A stretch of 64,000 bases of DNA from Candidatus Bathyarchaeia archaeon (GCA_038870975.1 JAVZJD010000001.1:1-64000), one strand, 5' to 3'. Numbered from the stretch's first letter, positions 50,904 through 62,148 are shown. Notes: generated from the letters alone by a model not told the origin. Numbers and translations: made by a program.

Positions 50904-51119
50904 TTATTCAGTTAAAAGCTCCACTTTCATCGTATCTTTCTGATATCTTGTGACTCTGACTATTCCATTTACTTCGAGTTTAAGAAGTATCTTCATAAGC
51001 TGGTTGAAGCTGAGCTCTTCATATTGTTCTTTGAGTTTTTCAAAGAGTTCTTTGTCTGTTAGACCGCCCGGGTTTTTGATTAAAAGCTCTACTACGGCTG
51101 TGTGCAATGGAATCCTCAT
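50904..51119 (-). CDS. Small winged-helix protein
   Basis: LTDKELFEKL...LMKILLKLEVNGIVRV; directly downstream of cdc48. Confidence 0.65.
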   Translation of the reverse strand: MRIPLHTAVVELLIKNPGGLTDKELFEKLKEQYEELSFNQLMKILLKLEVNGIVRVTRYQKDTMKVELLTE

Positions 51120-51123
51120 GTTT

Positions 51124-53307
51124 TCACGTAACCGGAGTTGCTGGTCTAGTTAGTTTGATTTGCTGCTGGAAGATTGACCTATACCATTTATCTAAGTCTG
51201 GAGTTATTGAGGGCTTGATAACTTCCATAACCTTTCTGAAGTCCTCCATTTTAACTTTCCCACCGGTTTCGGGGTTTCTCCTGATAGCGTTCATAGCAGC
51301 TTCCCTACATATTGCTGCTATATCAGCACCAGTATAACCCTCTGTCATAGCAGCAAGTTTTTCAAGGCTTACATCATCGTCTAGAGGCATGTTCTTAGTA
51401 TGTATTTTTAAAATTTGAAGCCTAGTCTTTTCGTCCGGGGGAGGCACGTATATCAACCTGTCGAATCTACCAGGTCTTAAGATAGCCGGGTCAACCATGT
51501 CAGGCCGGTTAGTAGCAGCTAAGACTACTACGTTCTCAAGTGTTTCAATACCATCGAGTTCTGTTAAAAGTTGGCTTATAACGCGTTCAGTAACCCCTGA
51601 ATCTCCAAATCTAGCCCCTCTCGGAGGGACAAGAGAATCTATTTCGTCGAAGAATATTACGGCTGGAGCAGCCATCCTAGCCTTTCTAAAGATCTCTCTA
51701 ATGGCTCTCTCCGACTCTCCAACCCACTTGCTGAAAACCTCAGGTCCTTTTATACTGATGAAGTTTGCTTCACTTTCAGTGGCTACTGCTTTTGCCAGTA
51801 GTGTCTTACCACATCCTGGAGGACCGTAGAGTAGAACACCCTTAGGAGGCTTAATACCCATGTTTTCGAAAAGTTTAGGATTCTTTAAAGGCCATTCCAC
51901 GCTCTCCCTAAGCTGTTGTTTGACGTCTTCTAAGCCTCCTATTTCATCCCAGTGCACTGTCGGAACTTCAACTTCAACTTCCCTCATCGCTGTAGGAGTT
52001 ATCTCTCTGTATGCCTGCATGAAGTCACTCATGTTTACAACCATCTCCTCTAAAACCTCTGGTGGTATTGTAGGCTCTTCCAAGTTTATTTTTGGGAGAT
52101 ATCTTCGAAGGGCTTTCATAGCTGCTTCTCTACATAATGCTGCTATATCGGCACCAGTGTATCCATGTGTTATTTCAGCCAGTTTATTCAAATCCACGTC
52201 TTCAGCTAGAGGCATTCCTCTAGTGTGTATTTGGAGGATTTCATAGCGGCCGTTCTTATCTGGTATTCCGATTTCAATCTCTCTATCGAATCTACCTGGT
52301 CTTCTCAAAGCAGGGTCTAGTGCATTGACTCTATTCGTAGCACCTATGACTATGACATTTCCACGACTCTCTAAACCGTCCATCAACGCGAGTAGTTGCG
52401 CTACAACCCTACGTTCAACTTCACCTGTGACTTCTTCACGTTTGGGAGCTATAGCGTCGATTTCATCTATGAATATTATGCTAGGCGCATTCTCCTGAGC
52501 TTTTTGAAAGATCTCTCTAAGTCTAGCTTCAGATTCACCGTAAAATTTACTCATGATCTCAGGTCCATTTATACTGAAGAAGTTTGCTTCACTCTCATTT
52601 GCTACTGCTTTTGCCAGTAGTGTCTTACCACATCCTGGAGGACCGTAGAGTAGAACACCCTTAGGAGGCTCTATACCAAGTCTCTGGAAGAGCTCTGGAT
52701 GTCTAAGCGGTAGTTCAACCATCTCCCTAATCTTCTGTATGGCTTCCTTCAATCCACCTATATCTTCATACGTGACCCGTATGAGGCCAGTCTTCTCAGG
52801 AACTGGTTCAGATAGGACTTGAACGTTTGTCCTAGAAGTAATTATAACAATACCATGTGGAATCGTTTTAGTTACACGGAAGTGGACTGCACTTCCGAAT
52901 ATTGAAACTTGAATAGTGTCTCCTGCGACTAATGGCGCTTCGAGAATACGATTTTTAACGAACTCGTAGAAACTCTGGTCTACGCCAGGAATTGTCACAT
53001 TAACGGGTGCGAGGGTTACAGATTGAGCTTCTCTAACAACAGCCTTCCTAACAGATACATACTCATTTATGGAGACCCCTGCGTTCTTCCTGGTTATCCC
53101 ATCCATACGTATTATGTTTTTGCCAGCATCCTCTGGATATGCAGGCCATACAACGGCTGCGGTCGACCTCTTACCCTTAATCTCTACGATATCTCCAGGA
53201 GTCACTTCTAAATACTCCATTGTTTTCGCATCTATCCTAACCTTCCATCTTCCAACATCCCTCTGATGACTTACTTCTGCAACTCTAAGTTTAATCTCCT
53301 TAGCCAT
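51124..53307 (-). CDS. cdc48: CDC48/VCP AAA+ ATPase
   Basis: N domain plus two AAA modules ([19 protein letters not shown]); start placed at MAKEIK (ORF track start 53334). Confidence 0.96.
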   Translation of the reverse strand: MAKEIKLRVAEVSHQRDVGRWKVRIDAKTMEYLEVTPGDIVEIKGKRSTAAVVWPAYPEDAGKNIIRMDGITRKNAGVSINEYVSVRKAVVREAQSVTLAPVNVTIPGVDQSFYEFVKNRILEAPLVAGDTIQVSIFGSAVHFRVTKTIPHGIVIITSRTNVQVLSEPVPEKTGLIRVTYEDIGGLKEAIQKIREMVELPLRHPELFQRLGIEPPKGVLLYGPPGCGKTLLAKAVANESEANFFSINGPEIMSKFYGESEARLREIFQKAQENAPSIIFIDEIDAIAPKREEVTGEVERRVVAQLLALMDGLESRGNVIVIGATNRVNALDPALRRPGRFDREIEIGIPDKNGRYEILQIHTRGMPLAEDVDLNKLAEITHGYTGADIAALCREAAMKALRRYLPKINLEEPTIPPEVLEEMVVNMSDFMQAYREITPTAMREVEVEVPTVHWDEIGGLEDVKQQLRESVEWPLKNPKLFENMGIKPPKGVLLYGPPGCGKTLLAKAVATESEANFISIKGPEVFSKWVGESERAIREIFRKARMAAPAVIFFDEIDSLVPPRGARFGDSGVTERVISQLLTELDGIETLENVVVLAATNRPDMVDPAILRPGRFDRLIYVPPPDEKTRLQILKIHTKNMPLDDDVSLEKLAAMTEGYTGADIAAICREAAMNAIRRNPETGGKVKMEDFRKVMEVIKPSITPDLDKWYRSIFQQQIKLTRPATPVT
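51782..52670. repeat. 70-bp exact direct repeat between CDC48 D2 (51782-51851) and D1 (52601-52670)
   Basis: gctactgcttttgccagtagtgtcttaccacatcctggaggaccgtagagtagaacacccttaggaggct occurs twice. Confidence 0.9.
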
Positions 53308-53552
53308 AATCTCACTCTTTTTAGGGTTTTCCAAAGCAAAAAGTGCTTTCGAATTATTTAACTCTATCGGAGAGTCCTACATCTAAGACTAGCTGCTAAG
53401 GCTAAGTTGAATCTTCTATAGAATTACGATTGCGTAAAAGCTCTACTATCAATCACCATTTAAGCGTCAAGTACGTTTAAATCTTATGCGGTAGACCATG
53501 TTTACTTTAAAAGTTTTGTGGCTTAAAAGTATATATGGTGTATGCGAAGTGA

Positions 53553-54056
53553 ATGTATAATGTGAAGTCTAAAGTCTTAGTATTGCTCGTTCTTTTGGTC
53601 GCAGGTTTTCCAGTTGGTCTCTACGGTTATGGCTATGTGAAGACAGCTGAAGTCTTGAATAAGTCGCTAGAAACCATGGATGTGACGAGTTTTAAAGTCT
53701 TAGATGTATCACTACTTCCTCCAACGGCAGAGGTTGAAGTGATGCTAACTATTGAAAACCCTACGGATACATCCATCACTCTCAAATCAGTCTACTTTGA
53801 AGTATTTTTAGAAGATGTTAAGCTTGGAGAAGTAGTAACCGTTGGCAAACCTCTCCCGTCCAAAGGCGTTGCAACATTGGAAGGCGTGATGCGTATAAGA
53901 GCAAGTGTAATTCTAACGGCGATTAGAGACTACATGGAGCGTGGAAGTATAACTCTGAGGATTACTGGAAGCGTGACAGCATCTGCGACTTATCTATTCG
54001 TAACCGTAAGTCGTGACGCCTCAGTAAACTTGACGCGCGAATATAAACGTTATTGA
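53553..54056 (+). CDS. LEA_2/WHy domain membrane-anchored protein
   Basis: N-terminal TM; LTIENPT...L..V.FEV...LG. Confidence 0.75.
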   Translation: MYNVKSKVLVLLVLLVAGFPVGLYGYGYVKTAEVLNKSLETMDVTSFKVLDVSLLPPTAEVEVMLTIENPTDTSITLKSVYFEVFLEDVKLGEVVTVGKPLPSKGVATLEGVMRIRASVILTAIRDYMERGSITLRITGSVTASATYLFVTVSRDASVNLTREYKRY

Positions 54057-54299
54057 AATGATTCTAAACTAAAGGCACAACCTCCACTTCTCACCTTGAG
54101 AATCGACCATTTTACTTAGGAAGGATGCCACACGGCCTTAGAATACAGCTTTAAGTGTTTGTCTTAAGTTTCTGAAGGTGTTTTCTCGGGTCTATATTAT
54201 ACCTCCTTAGGTTGAGTTTATCCACTACAGTTTACTCTGACAAGTTTATAAGTTGATGACGTGTTATTCGGTTTGATGTCTTAGGAGTGTGTTGAACCT

Positions 54300-54551
54300 A
54301 TGTCTGAAGATAAAATCCCTACATCCGAGAAGTTGAAGGTTTTAGATAGTATTACAATCTATAAGACGGCTAAATGGTGGTCCGCAGTGGTCTTAGTTGA
54401 ATCCTTCGGTAGAAGGCAAATAGCGATGTATGTCTGGTTAAATAGGAACGGCAGGTGGAGGCGTAACCAAAAGTTTACAATTCACAGTAAGGCGGAGTGG
54501 AGTCAGGTTAGAGAAGCCATTGAAAAATTCATTCCTCAATTAGTTATGTAA
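54300..54551 (+). CDS. Small hypothetical protein (possible PC4-like fold)
   Basis: 83 aa, Trp/Arg-rich beta strands plus C-terminal helix. Confidence 0.6.
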   Translation: MSEDKIPTSEKLKVLDSITIYKTAKWWSAVVLVESFGRRQIAMYVWLNRNGRWRRNQKFTIHSKAEWSQVREAIEKFIPQLVM

Positions 54552-54635
54552 ACTTCTAGCTTCATAGTCATAACCTGTAGAAGGGGTTTTGAGGATTTTT
54601 CCTCGAATCCCTGAAGGTGCATCAGAATGGGGGTA

Positions 54636-55352
54636 TTAGCTTAAAAGTTTGGCTACGAATAACACTATGAAGCTACTCAGTGGGACTGTTATGTTGTCGT
54701 CTATTACGTATTCACCGATTTTCTCGAAGTGTTCTATTAGGCTTGCTATTGAGGCTGCCACTAGTCCTGATATTGGGCTACTTATGTTGCTACTTAGGAA
54801 GTAGCCTATTGGAGCACATATTAGAAACATTGCTAGGTTTCCACTCCAATGCTTCGTCCTCTTCTTAAAGAGGAAGTTTCGAACTATTCCTGTTACTCCG
54901 TCACCCCAGCTCATGAAGAGTAGCGGTATTGCTGGTAGCCAGAAGCTTCCACCTGCTAAAACCCAGCCTATACCTATCATTAAAGCCCACATTAAGCTGA
55001 AGTTTACCTCGTATATGTTGCTCGGGTCTTGAAACCAGTACATGAGTTTTCCTGTTTTATGGGGTATGTAGCATAACAGGGCTAGTACTAGTCCTAGGGT
55101 TGATGGGATGATGGGTGTTTTGAAGATGTTAAACATCGGTATTAGGAGCGCTACGAGCCCTCCGGCTAGTATATGTATGATCTTCCTGGCGAAGTATACT
55201 CCGACGTAGTGGGCTTTTTCGTCGATGCCTAATTTTGATTCTGCTTTCCTCTTCACCATTTCATAGGATTTCTTAGATATTACTAGGACTACTGTTAAAA
55301 CCCATGCGAATAGAATTGAAGCGTATAAAATTTCATCTAGCATTTTCCCCAT
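54636..55352 (-). CDS. Dolichol/phytol kinase-like (CTP-dependent polyprenol kinase)
   Basis: RKIIH, GDG, K.WSG, DDNITVP. Confidence 0.85.
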   Translation of the reverse strand: MGKMLDEILYASILFAWVLTVVLVISKKSYEMVKRKAESKLGIDEKAHYVGVYFARKIIHILAGGLVALLIPMFNIFKTPIIPSTLGLVLALLCYIPHKTGKLMYWFQDPSNIYEVNFSLMWALMIGIGWVLAGGSFWLPAIPLLFMSWGDGVTGIVRNFLFKKRTKHWSGNLAMFLICAPIGYFLSSNISSPISGLVAASIASLIEHFEKIGEYVIDDNITVPLSSFIVLFVAKLLS

Positions 55353-55452
55353 CTCTATCTATAGTTTGAACATATTAAAAATTTCTATGGTTGTTTGCCT
55401 GTTTAAAGCGAAATTGTTAAATCTGAGGATATTTACCATTTTCACGGGTTTG

Positions 55453-55848
55453 ATGAGCAACGATGTTTTGGATCGTATAGCTGTGAGGAATCCAGATTTA
55501 GAGTGGAGTATTGAGCCCACTGGTGAAACTGCTGTAACAGTTAAACGGAGGGGTTTCTTTGGAACTAAGGCTAAGAAGTATGTTTTCGATGAAATTGGCT
55601 CCTACGTTTTAAGGCTTATGGACGGGAGGAGGACACTTAGAGAAATCGCTCAAATACTCGCTTCTGAGAAGAATATGGACATTAGACAGGCTGAGGCCAG
55701 CTTGGTAAGTTACGTTAACCAGCTTCAGAGTAGGGGTGTGATAAAACTTCTACCAGCAGGTGGAAACGTTAAAATATGTCGAAGTTGCGGGAGGGAAATA
55801 CCTTTAGAGGCCATCTACTGTCCATACTGCGGTATCAAACAGTTTTAA
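55453..55848 (+). CDS. PqqD-family protein with C-terminal zinc ribbon
   Basis: DEIGSYVLRLMDGRRTLREI; CRSCG...CPYCG; start placed at MSNDVL (ORF track start 55366). Confidence 0.8.
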   Translation: MSNDVLDRIAVRNPDLEWSIEPTGETAVTVKRRGFFGTKAKKYVFDEIGSYVLRLMDGRRTLREIAQILASEKNMDIRQAEASLVSYVNQLQSRGVIKLLPAGGNVKICRSCGREIPLEAIYCPYCGIKQF

Positions 55849-55893
55849 ACAGTTATTAGCCTGTTAATCGGTTTTCATAGTAGAGGCGTATCT

Positions 55894-57504
55894 ATGCCCA
55901 GGCTAGATTGGAGAGAGTACCTTTCTATGCTTGAGAAAAGCCCTTCTTCGCTGAGCAGAACCATTAACAGCTTAATGCCGCGAGACCCACTTAGAATACC
56001 GAGGAGTATTCAAATTTTCAAATTGAACTATTCTCTCTGGAACTTCCAAGAGGAGGTTTTAAACCGTATAGCAGGTTCGACTCTAATACTTGGACTTCCC
56101 ACTGGCCTAGGTAAGACCTATATTGCCGGTGCTTATCTTATGAGAGAGTCTCAAGTTAAACCAATTAGAGTGCTTTTTCTAGTACCTTCAATACCTTTAG
56201 GTGTCCAACAGACTCTTTTCGCGAGAAGTATGCTCGAGGTTAAACACGCATACTTCATATCTGGAGCCATGCCCCCTGAGAAAAGGCTCAAACTTGGTGT
56301 TTGGAATTGGGAGTTCATAGTTTGTACACCTCAAACCGTTTACAACGACCTGCTTACACCGTTTCAAGATTATTTTAATGAGGCTAGGAAGACTAGCGAC
56401 CCAGTGAATTTTCTTAGAGGTGTGTTTCAAAAGCCTCCCCTATCTTTTGATGTGGTCGTTGCAGACGAATGTCAGAATTACATAGGTGAAACCGATGGCT
56501 ACAGCATACTCCTTGCGGCTAAAGCCTGCAACCTTAAAATATTGGCTTTAAGTGCTACGCCCCATTTACACTCGACTAAGAGGCTTGAAGAGCTTAAGAG
56601 GATTTTCGAAAAGATTGAAGTAGTTTCCGTTGAAGAGGATGCCGTAAAAGCCATTATACCTAGAAGGGCTTTAAAAATCATTAGAGTGGATTCTCCTCCA
56701 TCTCTTCTCGAACTTTACAAAGCATTGGGTTCTATTGTTGACTCTTATAGGAGTAGGATTTTGGAAATCTACGGTGAGAATCACCTTAACGAAGTTTGCA
56801 GGAGGCATGGGATATGTTTGAATATGCGTATTCTTGAGAATCTCAGGAAGCGTGTCGTAGAAGATGGAGCTAGTAGTGTTTTGGGCTATAGGGCTTGGAG
56901 GAATACCGACCTGCAGAAGCCTCTTAAGGAGTTTAAGGAGGCTTCTACTGTTGAGCTTTTCAGGAGGGCTTTAATGGAGTGTAGAAATCATAAGCATGAT
57001 GCTGTTTTAACGCTTCTTGAAACCGTAGATTACAGTAAGGCTATAGTATTCACGGAGTCTATAAGGGCTGCTAAACAGCTTGGTTTGAAACTCATCGAAA
57101 AAATGGGTTTTGAAAACGTCTCCATACTTGTCGGTAAGGAGGATATGAGCCCCGAGCATCAAGCTTCAGCTCTACTACATTTCAGTAAAACTGCTAGAGT
57201 GCTTGTAGCTACTTCTGTTGCCGAAGAGGGGCTTGATATTCCATCGGCTGATGTTGAGATTTGGGTTGACCCTCCTAGTAATCCTAAGAAGTGGATTCAA
57301 AGATTTGGTAGAGTACTTAGACAGCCTAAAGGTAAGAAGGAGGCGCGCGTCTATGCTCTAGTTACTAAGGGTACTCATGAAGAGGCTAAGCTACGTAGAG
57401 TCCTTAGAATTTCTGAGAGAGTTTACGGTTTTACCCAGAGAGTTTCAGTTGAAACCCTTAAACTTAGGTCGAATTTTCAAAAGAGTTTAAAAGGATTTAC
57501 GTAA
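55894..57504 (+). CDS. Hef/FANCM-like SF2 helicase lacking nuclease domain
   Basis: LPTGLGKT, DECQ, SAT, ATSVAEEGLDIP, IQRFGR. Confidence 0.8.
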   Translation: MPRLDWREYLSMLEKSPSSLSRTINSLMPRDPLRIPRSIQIFKLNYSLWNFQEEVLNRIAGSTLILGLPTGLGKTYIAGAYLMRESQVKPIRVLFLVPSIPLGVQQTLFARSMLEVKHAYFISGAMPPEKRLKLGVWNWEFIVCTPQTVYNDLLTPFQDYFNEARKTSDPVNFLRGVFQKPPLSFDVVVADECQNYIGETDGYSILLAAKACNLKILALSATPHLHSTKRLEELKRIFEKIEVVSVEEDAVKAIIPRRALKIIRVDSPPSLLELYKALGSIVDSYRSRILEIYGENHLNEVCRRHGICLNMRILENLRKRVVEDGASSVLGYRAWRNTDLQKPLKEFKEASTVELFRRALMECRNHKHDAVLTLLETVDYSKAIVFTESIRAAKQLGLKLIEKMGFENVSILVGKEDMSPEHQASALLHFSKTARVLVATSVAEEGLDIPSADVEIWVDPPSNPKKWIQRFGRVLRQPKGKKEARVYALVTKGTHEEAKLRRVLRISERVYGFTQRVSVETLKLRSNFQKSLKGFT

Positions 57505-57529
57505 TGAATGTTCTTTTAGATGTAATTCA

Positions 57530-58429
57530 ATGTCTATGGACGAGTTTCTCACAGGCGTCTTCAGAAGATTGGAGCCTGAGGATTTTAGAGTTTTAACAGC
57601 TGTTGAACTCGGCATGGTCAGCCACGCTTACACGCCTATTGAAGACATTATAAAGTACTCTTCCCTTCCTAGGGAGGAGGTTTTATACAGGGTTAAGAGG
57701 CTTAACGGATTTAGGCTGATAAGGGGGATCGTCAGCCCGTTTAAAGGTTACGTGTTGAACTACTACGGTTACGATTTCCTAGCTTTAAATGCGCTGGTTA
57801 AAGCTGGGAAGCTTGAGGCTTTAGGTAAGCCAGTTGGAATCGGTAAGGAGGCTGATGTTTTCGAAGGTTTAACACCTAATGGTGAGAGAGTAATAGTTAA
57901 ATTTCACAGAGTTGGTAGAGTGAGTTTTAGACAGACAAGGAGGGTTAGACGCTACATAGCAGATAGAAGACACATATCTTGGCTCTATCAAAGCCGTAAG
58001 GCAGCTGAAAAGGAGTATGAAGCTCTCGAAACGCTCAACTGTATAAACGCTAAAGCCCCTAAGCCTATCGCTCAGAATAGGCATGCAGTCGTTATGGGTT
58101 TTTTCCACGGCGTTGAACTTGTAAACGTTAAATTCATCGATGAGCCTCTACCACTCTTTAAAGACATCGTTGAAGAGGTTAAACGCATATACTTTGAAGC
58201 CGGTTTAATACATGGGGATTTGAGCGAGTACAATATCATCGTCAAAGAAGATGGAGACTTCATGCTCATAGATTGGCCTCAATTCATTAGAAAAAGCGAC
58301 CCAGAGTCTGAACGCTACTTAGAGAGAGACGTAGAGAAAATAGTCGGCTTTTTCAATAAACGCTTCAACCTTAAGTTAAATGCAAACCGTGTTTTAAAAT
58401 TCATTCTCGGTTTGACTAATAGCTTTTAA
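57530..58429 (+). CDS. rio2: RIO2 serine/threonine kinase
   Basis: wHTH N-terminus; GIGKEADV, VKFHRVGR.SF, IHGDLSEYNI, IDWPQ. Confidence 0.94.
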   Translation: MSMDEFLTGVFRRLEPEDFRVLTAVELGMVSHAYTPIEDIIKYSSLPREEVLYRVKRLNGFRLIRGIVSPFKGYVLNYYGYDFLALNALVKAGKLEALGKPVGIGKEADVFEGLTPNGERVIVKFHRVGRVSFRQTRRVRRYIADRRHISWLYQSRKAAEKEYEALETLNCINAKAPKPIAQNRHAVVMGFFHGVELVNVKFIDEPLPLFKDIVEEVKRIYFEAGLIHGDLSEYNIIVKEDGDFMLIDWPQFIRKSDPESERYLERDVEKIVGFFNKRFNLKLNANRVLKFILGLTNSF

Positions 58430-58713
58430 CATTTACACTTCAAAACCATTCAATATGCAACTGCTATAGATTAACATCTTTTACATTAAATCTCTGTAGA
58501 TCATAATCTCAGATTGCATAGAGCTTTACAAGACCCAAGAATTCTCACTTATTCACCATCCTCTCATCGCGTTCTCCAATAAACCAAGTATTAATCAATT
58601 GTTTGACCAAGTCTTGACCGGCTCAAACATACTGTTTGAGCTTTACTGGCTTATGCACGAGTGGTTAAAATTTTAAAAGAAGTGGAGACTGCTGAATTTT
58701 CAGCCGCCTCTTT

Positions 58714-59283
58714 TCACGGGGAAATTACCGTCGTTTTGAATTGTGGGTTAAGGTTGGCTGGTTTGCCTGAGGCGGCATTTTCAGCTATTTGGATTTTATC
58801 TACATCTATGTCTATTATGAGTTTTGTAGTTTCGCCTCGTTTAACTTCAAAATGGACTTGTATGTCTATATGTTCAGGTGGGACGTTTAAAAGTATCACA
58901 GTTCCATCATCTAGCGTGGCATTAGCCTCAACTATATGCATTCTAATTTTAGAGTAATTTCCAGGTTCAAGTTCTCCAATAGCTAGAGAAGAGGTAACGT
59001 TTTGAAGCTTTAAAAGGTCGAAAGATGAATTGCATATTTCAAGCTTTATCCAGCCTCCAGCCTCTTTCTGAACTTCAACGTCGTCTATGGATATATTTAA
59101 ATGTGCGAGACTATGGATTGGTGCATCTGTAACCTCCACTATAAGAGTCCCAGTCTTTGGCGGAAATATTAGTCGCTTCAAAGTTGGAAACATGTAAACC
59201 ACCACAACGGTGAAAACCACTACGACCAGTAGTATGGAAGCCATGGTGATAGGCGATACTCCTCTAGCCGCCAAATTCAACAC
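58714..59283 (-). CDS. DUF4382-type secreted protein
   Basis: TM; GTL.VEVTDAP; FDLLKLQ; G.YSKIR. Confidence 0.78.
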   Translation of the reverse strand: MLNLAARGVSPITMASILLVVVVFTVVVVYMFPTLKRLIFPPKTGTLIVEVTDAPIHSLAHLNISIDDVEVQKEAGGWIKLEICNSSFDLLKLQNVTSSLAIGELEPGNYSKIRMHIVEANATLDDGTVILLNVPPEHIDIQVHFEVKRGETTKLIIDIDVDKIQIAENAASGKPANLNPQFKTTVISP

Positions 59284-59658
59284 CTCTACAAGTTTAGTAG
59301 GGGCTTCAGGCTTATATAGAATGCTAACGGGAAGACTGTTTCAAATTTTGAACTAAATATCTTCTTGAGTTTTCACACGTGTATTTCTTATGAGCCAAAA
59401 AATATTGGTATGCTATGGTTTTCATCTGCATGAAGTTGAACCTCTTACATATCTTTGTTAGAAAACTACATTTACTGAAAACTGTGTTAGCGTTCAAGTG
59501 GATGCACAACTATAAATGACCAGCACGCGGTTTTAAATGGCTTAAACCTCATTTTTGGAGATTGAAATTTTAACTCCAAATCTAAGCCGTAATTCTCTTC
59601 AGCCTTACTTCAATACCTGAAAACTTATCGAAAAAGAAAGAGAGATATACGTATGTCT

Positions 59659-59949
59659 CTACGCTTTAGTTTTCATAAGCATTTCTATAGCTTTTGAACT
59701 ATCAATCAAAGGTACAAACTTGATTTTGAACTCAGGTGTTACGGCAAGTATATAGCTGATTAGTTGCTCCTCATTGTCAGCCTCTAAGATGCTGATGCCT
59801 TTAAACAGCTCACCTATTCCATATGGTGGAAGAATGTATCTAGGATACTTCCCTGGGTTCTTCTTCATTTCTTCAAGCAACTTAAGGAATTTTGGAATTC
59901 CCTTATCCATATCCTCTGGACAGATCTCCCAAAATTTTACAAACTTCAC
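59659..59949 (-). CDS. DUF3303-like small protein
   Basis: KF..FWE...KGISILEADNEEQL...KFVPLID. Confidence 0.65.
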   Translation of the reverse strand: MKFVKFWEICPEDMDKGIPKFLKLLEEMKKNPGKYPRYILPPYGIGELFKGISILEADNEEQLISYILAVTPEFKIKFVPLIDSSKAIEMLMKTKA

Positions 59950-60279
59950 ATTTTCGCCTCCTTTAATTTACTGTCCCCAACATCGGAGTAGGGCTTCACT
60001 AGCAAGTAAAGAGAACTACCTTACGCTCGCCTCACAAAACTAGTGAAACTTGATGTATTATAATTCCCCCTCTAATAAGTATTGCTGTAGAGCGAACAAC
60101 AATGACCTCTGTATTCTTATCAGCTTTACATGAACGAAAAAATAATGATTAGTTATTCATGGTTTCTATTTGTCTTCCCTTTTTAGAGGGGATATATGGG
60201 AGAAAGGGCTTGGGGTTAAATTTTTACTTTCCTGCTTAGAACTATTCAGGGGTGTAATTTGGGAATTGGGGGGTTATAG

Positions 60280-61293
60280 ATGACTGTAAGGGTATTGATG
60301 GTTGGATATGCGCATGGACATGCATTAGGCTATACTGAACATCTTTTAAAGAGGAAACTGGAAACTGGAGATGTTGAAGTATTAGGTGTTTATGATGATA
60401 ATGAGGAGAGAGGCAAACACTACGCAAATAGATATCGTCTGAAGTTCTTCGGGAGTATTGAGGAGGCCGTTAGAAAAAGACCAGATGTTTTCGTAATAAA
60501 TACGGAGACTGTGAAACACTTGACGTATGTTAAATTAGCTGCTGAGAACGATATACATTTATTCTGTGAGAAGCCAATAGGTGTAAACCTCAAAGATGCA
60601 TTAAACATAAGAAGTATAGTAAAGAGTAGCAGGGTGAAATTCACAACAGGTTTTAACGCGAGGTTTAGCCCTGAAAATACCAAGGCGAGGGAGATAGTAT
60701 CCAACGGTGAACTCGGTAGAATAAGTATGATTAGAGTTAGAGTTGCCCACTCCGCATCCATAGACCATTGGTTTAAAGGATGGAGCGAGTGGTTTGCTAT
60801 TAAGGAATTGGCTGGAGGTGGAGGCTTCCTCGACCTGTGTATTCACGGAGCCGATTTGCTCAGGTATATCCTCGGGGATGAGCCGCTGGAGGTTACGGGT
60901 TTTGTAGGTAATTTCACCTCGACCTATGAAGTAGACGACCAGGGTGTTGGAATTGCGAGGTTTTCTAGGGGAGCTTTAGGTATACTTGATGGTGGTTGGA
61001 CACAGGTAGTTGAAGGCATCTCCTGGTCTCCGCTAGAGATATATGGAGATAGAGGTTCGTTGATGAACACGCCTGTTGGATTAATCTACTACACTAGGGG
61101 TTTAAAGGGTTGGATTAAACCGAACCTTGAGAGAATAAGCAGAAATTCTCTTGATGAATTGATAGATGCTGTAAAAAGCGGAGGTGAAACCTCTATAACT
61201 GTTGATGACGCTGTTAAAGCACAGGAATTAATTGAAGCTATCTATAAAAGCAGTAACGAAAGAACAACTGTAAAGCTACCGCTGATGGAATAA
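60280..61293 (+). CDS. Gfo/Idh/MocA family oxidoreductase
   Basis: FCEKPI, GGGGFLDLCIH. Confidence 0.9.
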   Translation: MTVRVLMVGYAHGHALGYTEHLLKRKLETGDVEVLGVYDDNEERGKHYANRYRLKFFGSIEEAVRKRPDVFVINTETVKHLTYVKLAAENDIHLFCEKPIGVNLKDALNIRSIVKSSRVKFTTGFNARFSPENTKAREIVSNGELGRISMIRVRVAHSASIDHWFKGWSEWFAIKELAGGGGFLDLCIHGADLLRYILGDEPLEVTGFVGNFTSTYEVDDQGVGIARFSRGALGILDGGWTQVVEGISWSPLEIYGDRGSLMNTPVGLIYYTRGLKGWIKPNLERISRNSLDELIDAVKSGGETSITVDDAVKAQELIEAIYKSSNERTTVKLPLME

Positions 61294-61374
61294 TCTACGC
61301 TGAAGAGACAACACGGCGTAACTTTTCGCAATTAGTGGTAAAAGTTATATTCCATCTACATTTTACTTTCCTCC

Positions 61375-62148
61375 ATGAAAGCCCTAGAGGTTAAAGAGTT
61401 TATAGAGAGGAGTGCTGGAAGTTTTGGGTCTGAAGAGGGTTTTCGATTCGGCAATCCAGATGTAGAAGTTAGAGGCATATTGGTATCTTGGATGGCTACT
61501 TTGGAGGCTGTTAAGAAGGCTGTAGAAGAAGACTGTAATCTTATGGTGGTTCACGAGGACCTTTTCTATCCCTATAGCTTCCAGAGGAGTGTTGAGTTTG
61601 AGACATGTTTAACTTGGAATGTCAACCGCATGAGACTTAAAATGCTTTCAGAACACGATATAACAGTCTTCAGAGCGCATGGAACTCTAGACAGACTATG
61701 CATCTTAGATGATTTTGCTAAAGCTTTAGGATTACCTCAACCTTCAGTAAAGCATGGTTATGTGAGAATTTACGATATACCTGAAACCACTGTAGAAAAG
61801 TTATCCTTAGACATCAAGAGGAGACTCGATTTGAAAACTGTGAGGGTTACAGGTGTGAGAGATGGTAGAGTAGGGAGAGTAGGATTAGCATGGGGCGGTC
61901 TAGGTTTAAGCCTCAACATAGGATTCGTAGAAACCCTCATAAGCTATAGACCTCAGGTTTTAATAGCAGGCGAAATGGATGAATACTCTGAATATTACGT
62001 CTTAGATGCAGGCGTAAATATGATAGAAGTAGGTCATAGCGTGAGCGAGAATATAGGGCTTAAGAACTTCACTAAAATGCTAAATCAACGTTTTCCAGAG
62101 GTTAAAGTGATATTCTTTGAATGTCCAAAACCATGGTTCACATTATGA
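61375..62148 (+). CDS. NIF3-like dinuclear metal protein
   Basis: MVVHE, RAHGTLD, EVGHSVSE. Confidence 0.85.
   Translation: MKALEVKEFIERSAGSFGSEEGFRFGNPDVEVRGILVSWMATLEAVKKAVEEDCNLMVVHEDLFYPYSFQRSVEFETCLTWNVNRMRLKMLSEHDITVFRAHGTLDRLCILDDFAKALGLPQPSVKHGYVRIYDIPETTVEKLSLDIKRRLDLKTVRVTGVRDGRVGRVGLAWGGLGLSLNIGFVETLISYRPQVLIAGEMDEYSEYYVLDAGVNMIEVGHSVSENIGLKNFTKMLNQRFPEVKVIFFECPKPWFTL

Noticed and set aside
58621-58641. 9-bp hairpin GCTCAAACA-TAC-TGTTTGAGC
   Set aside because: Intergenic between convergent genes and without BHB geometry; at most a terminator-like element.
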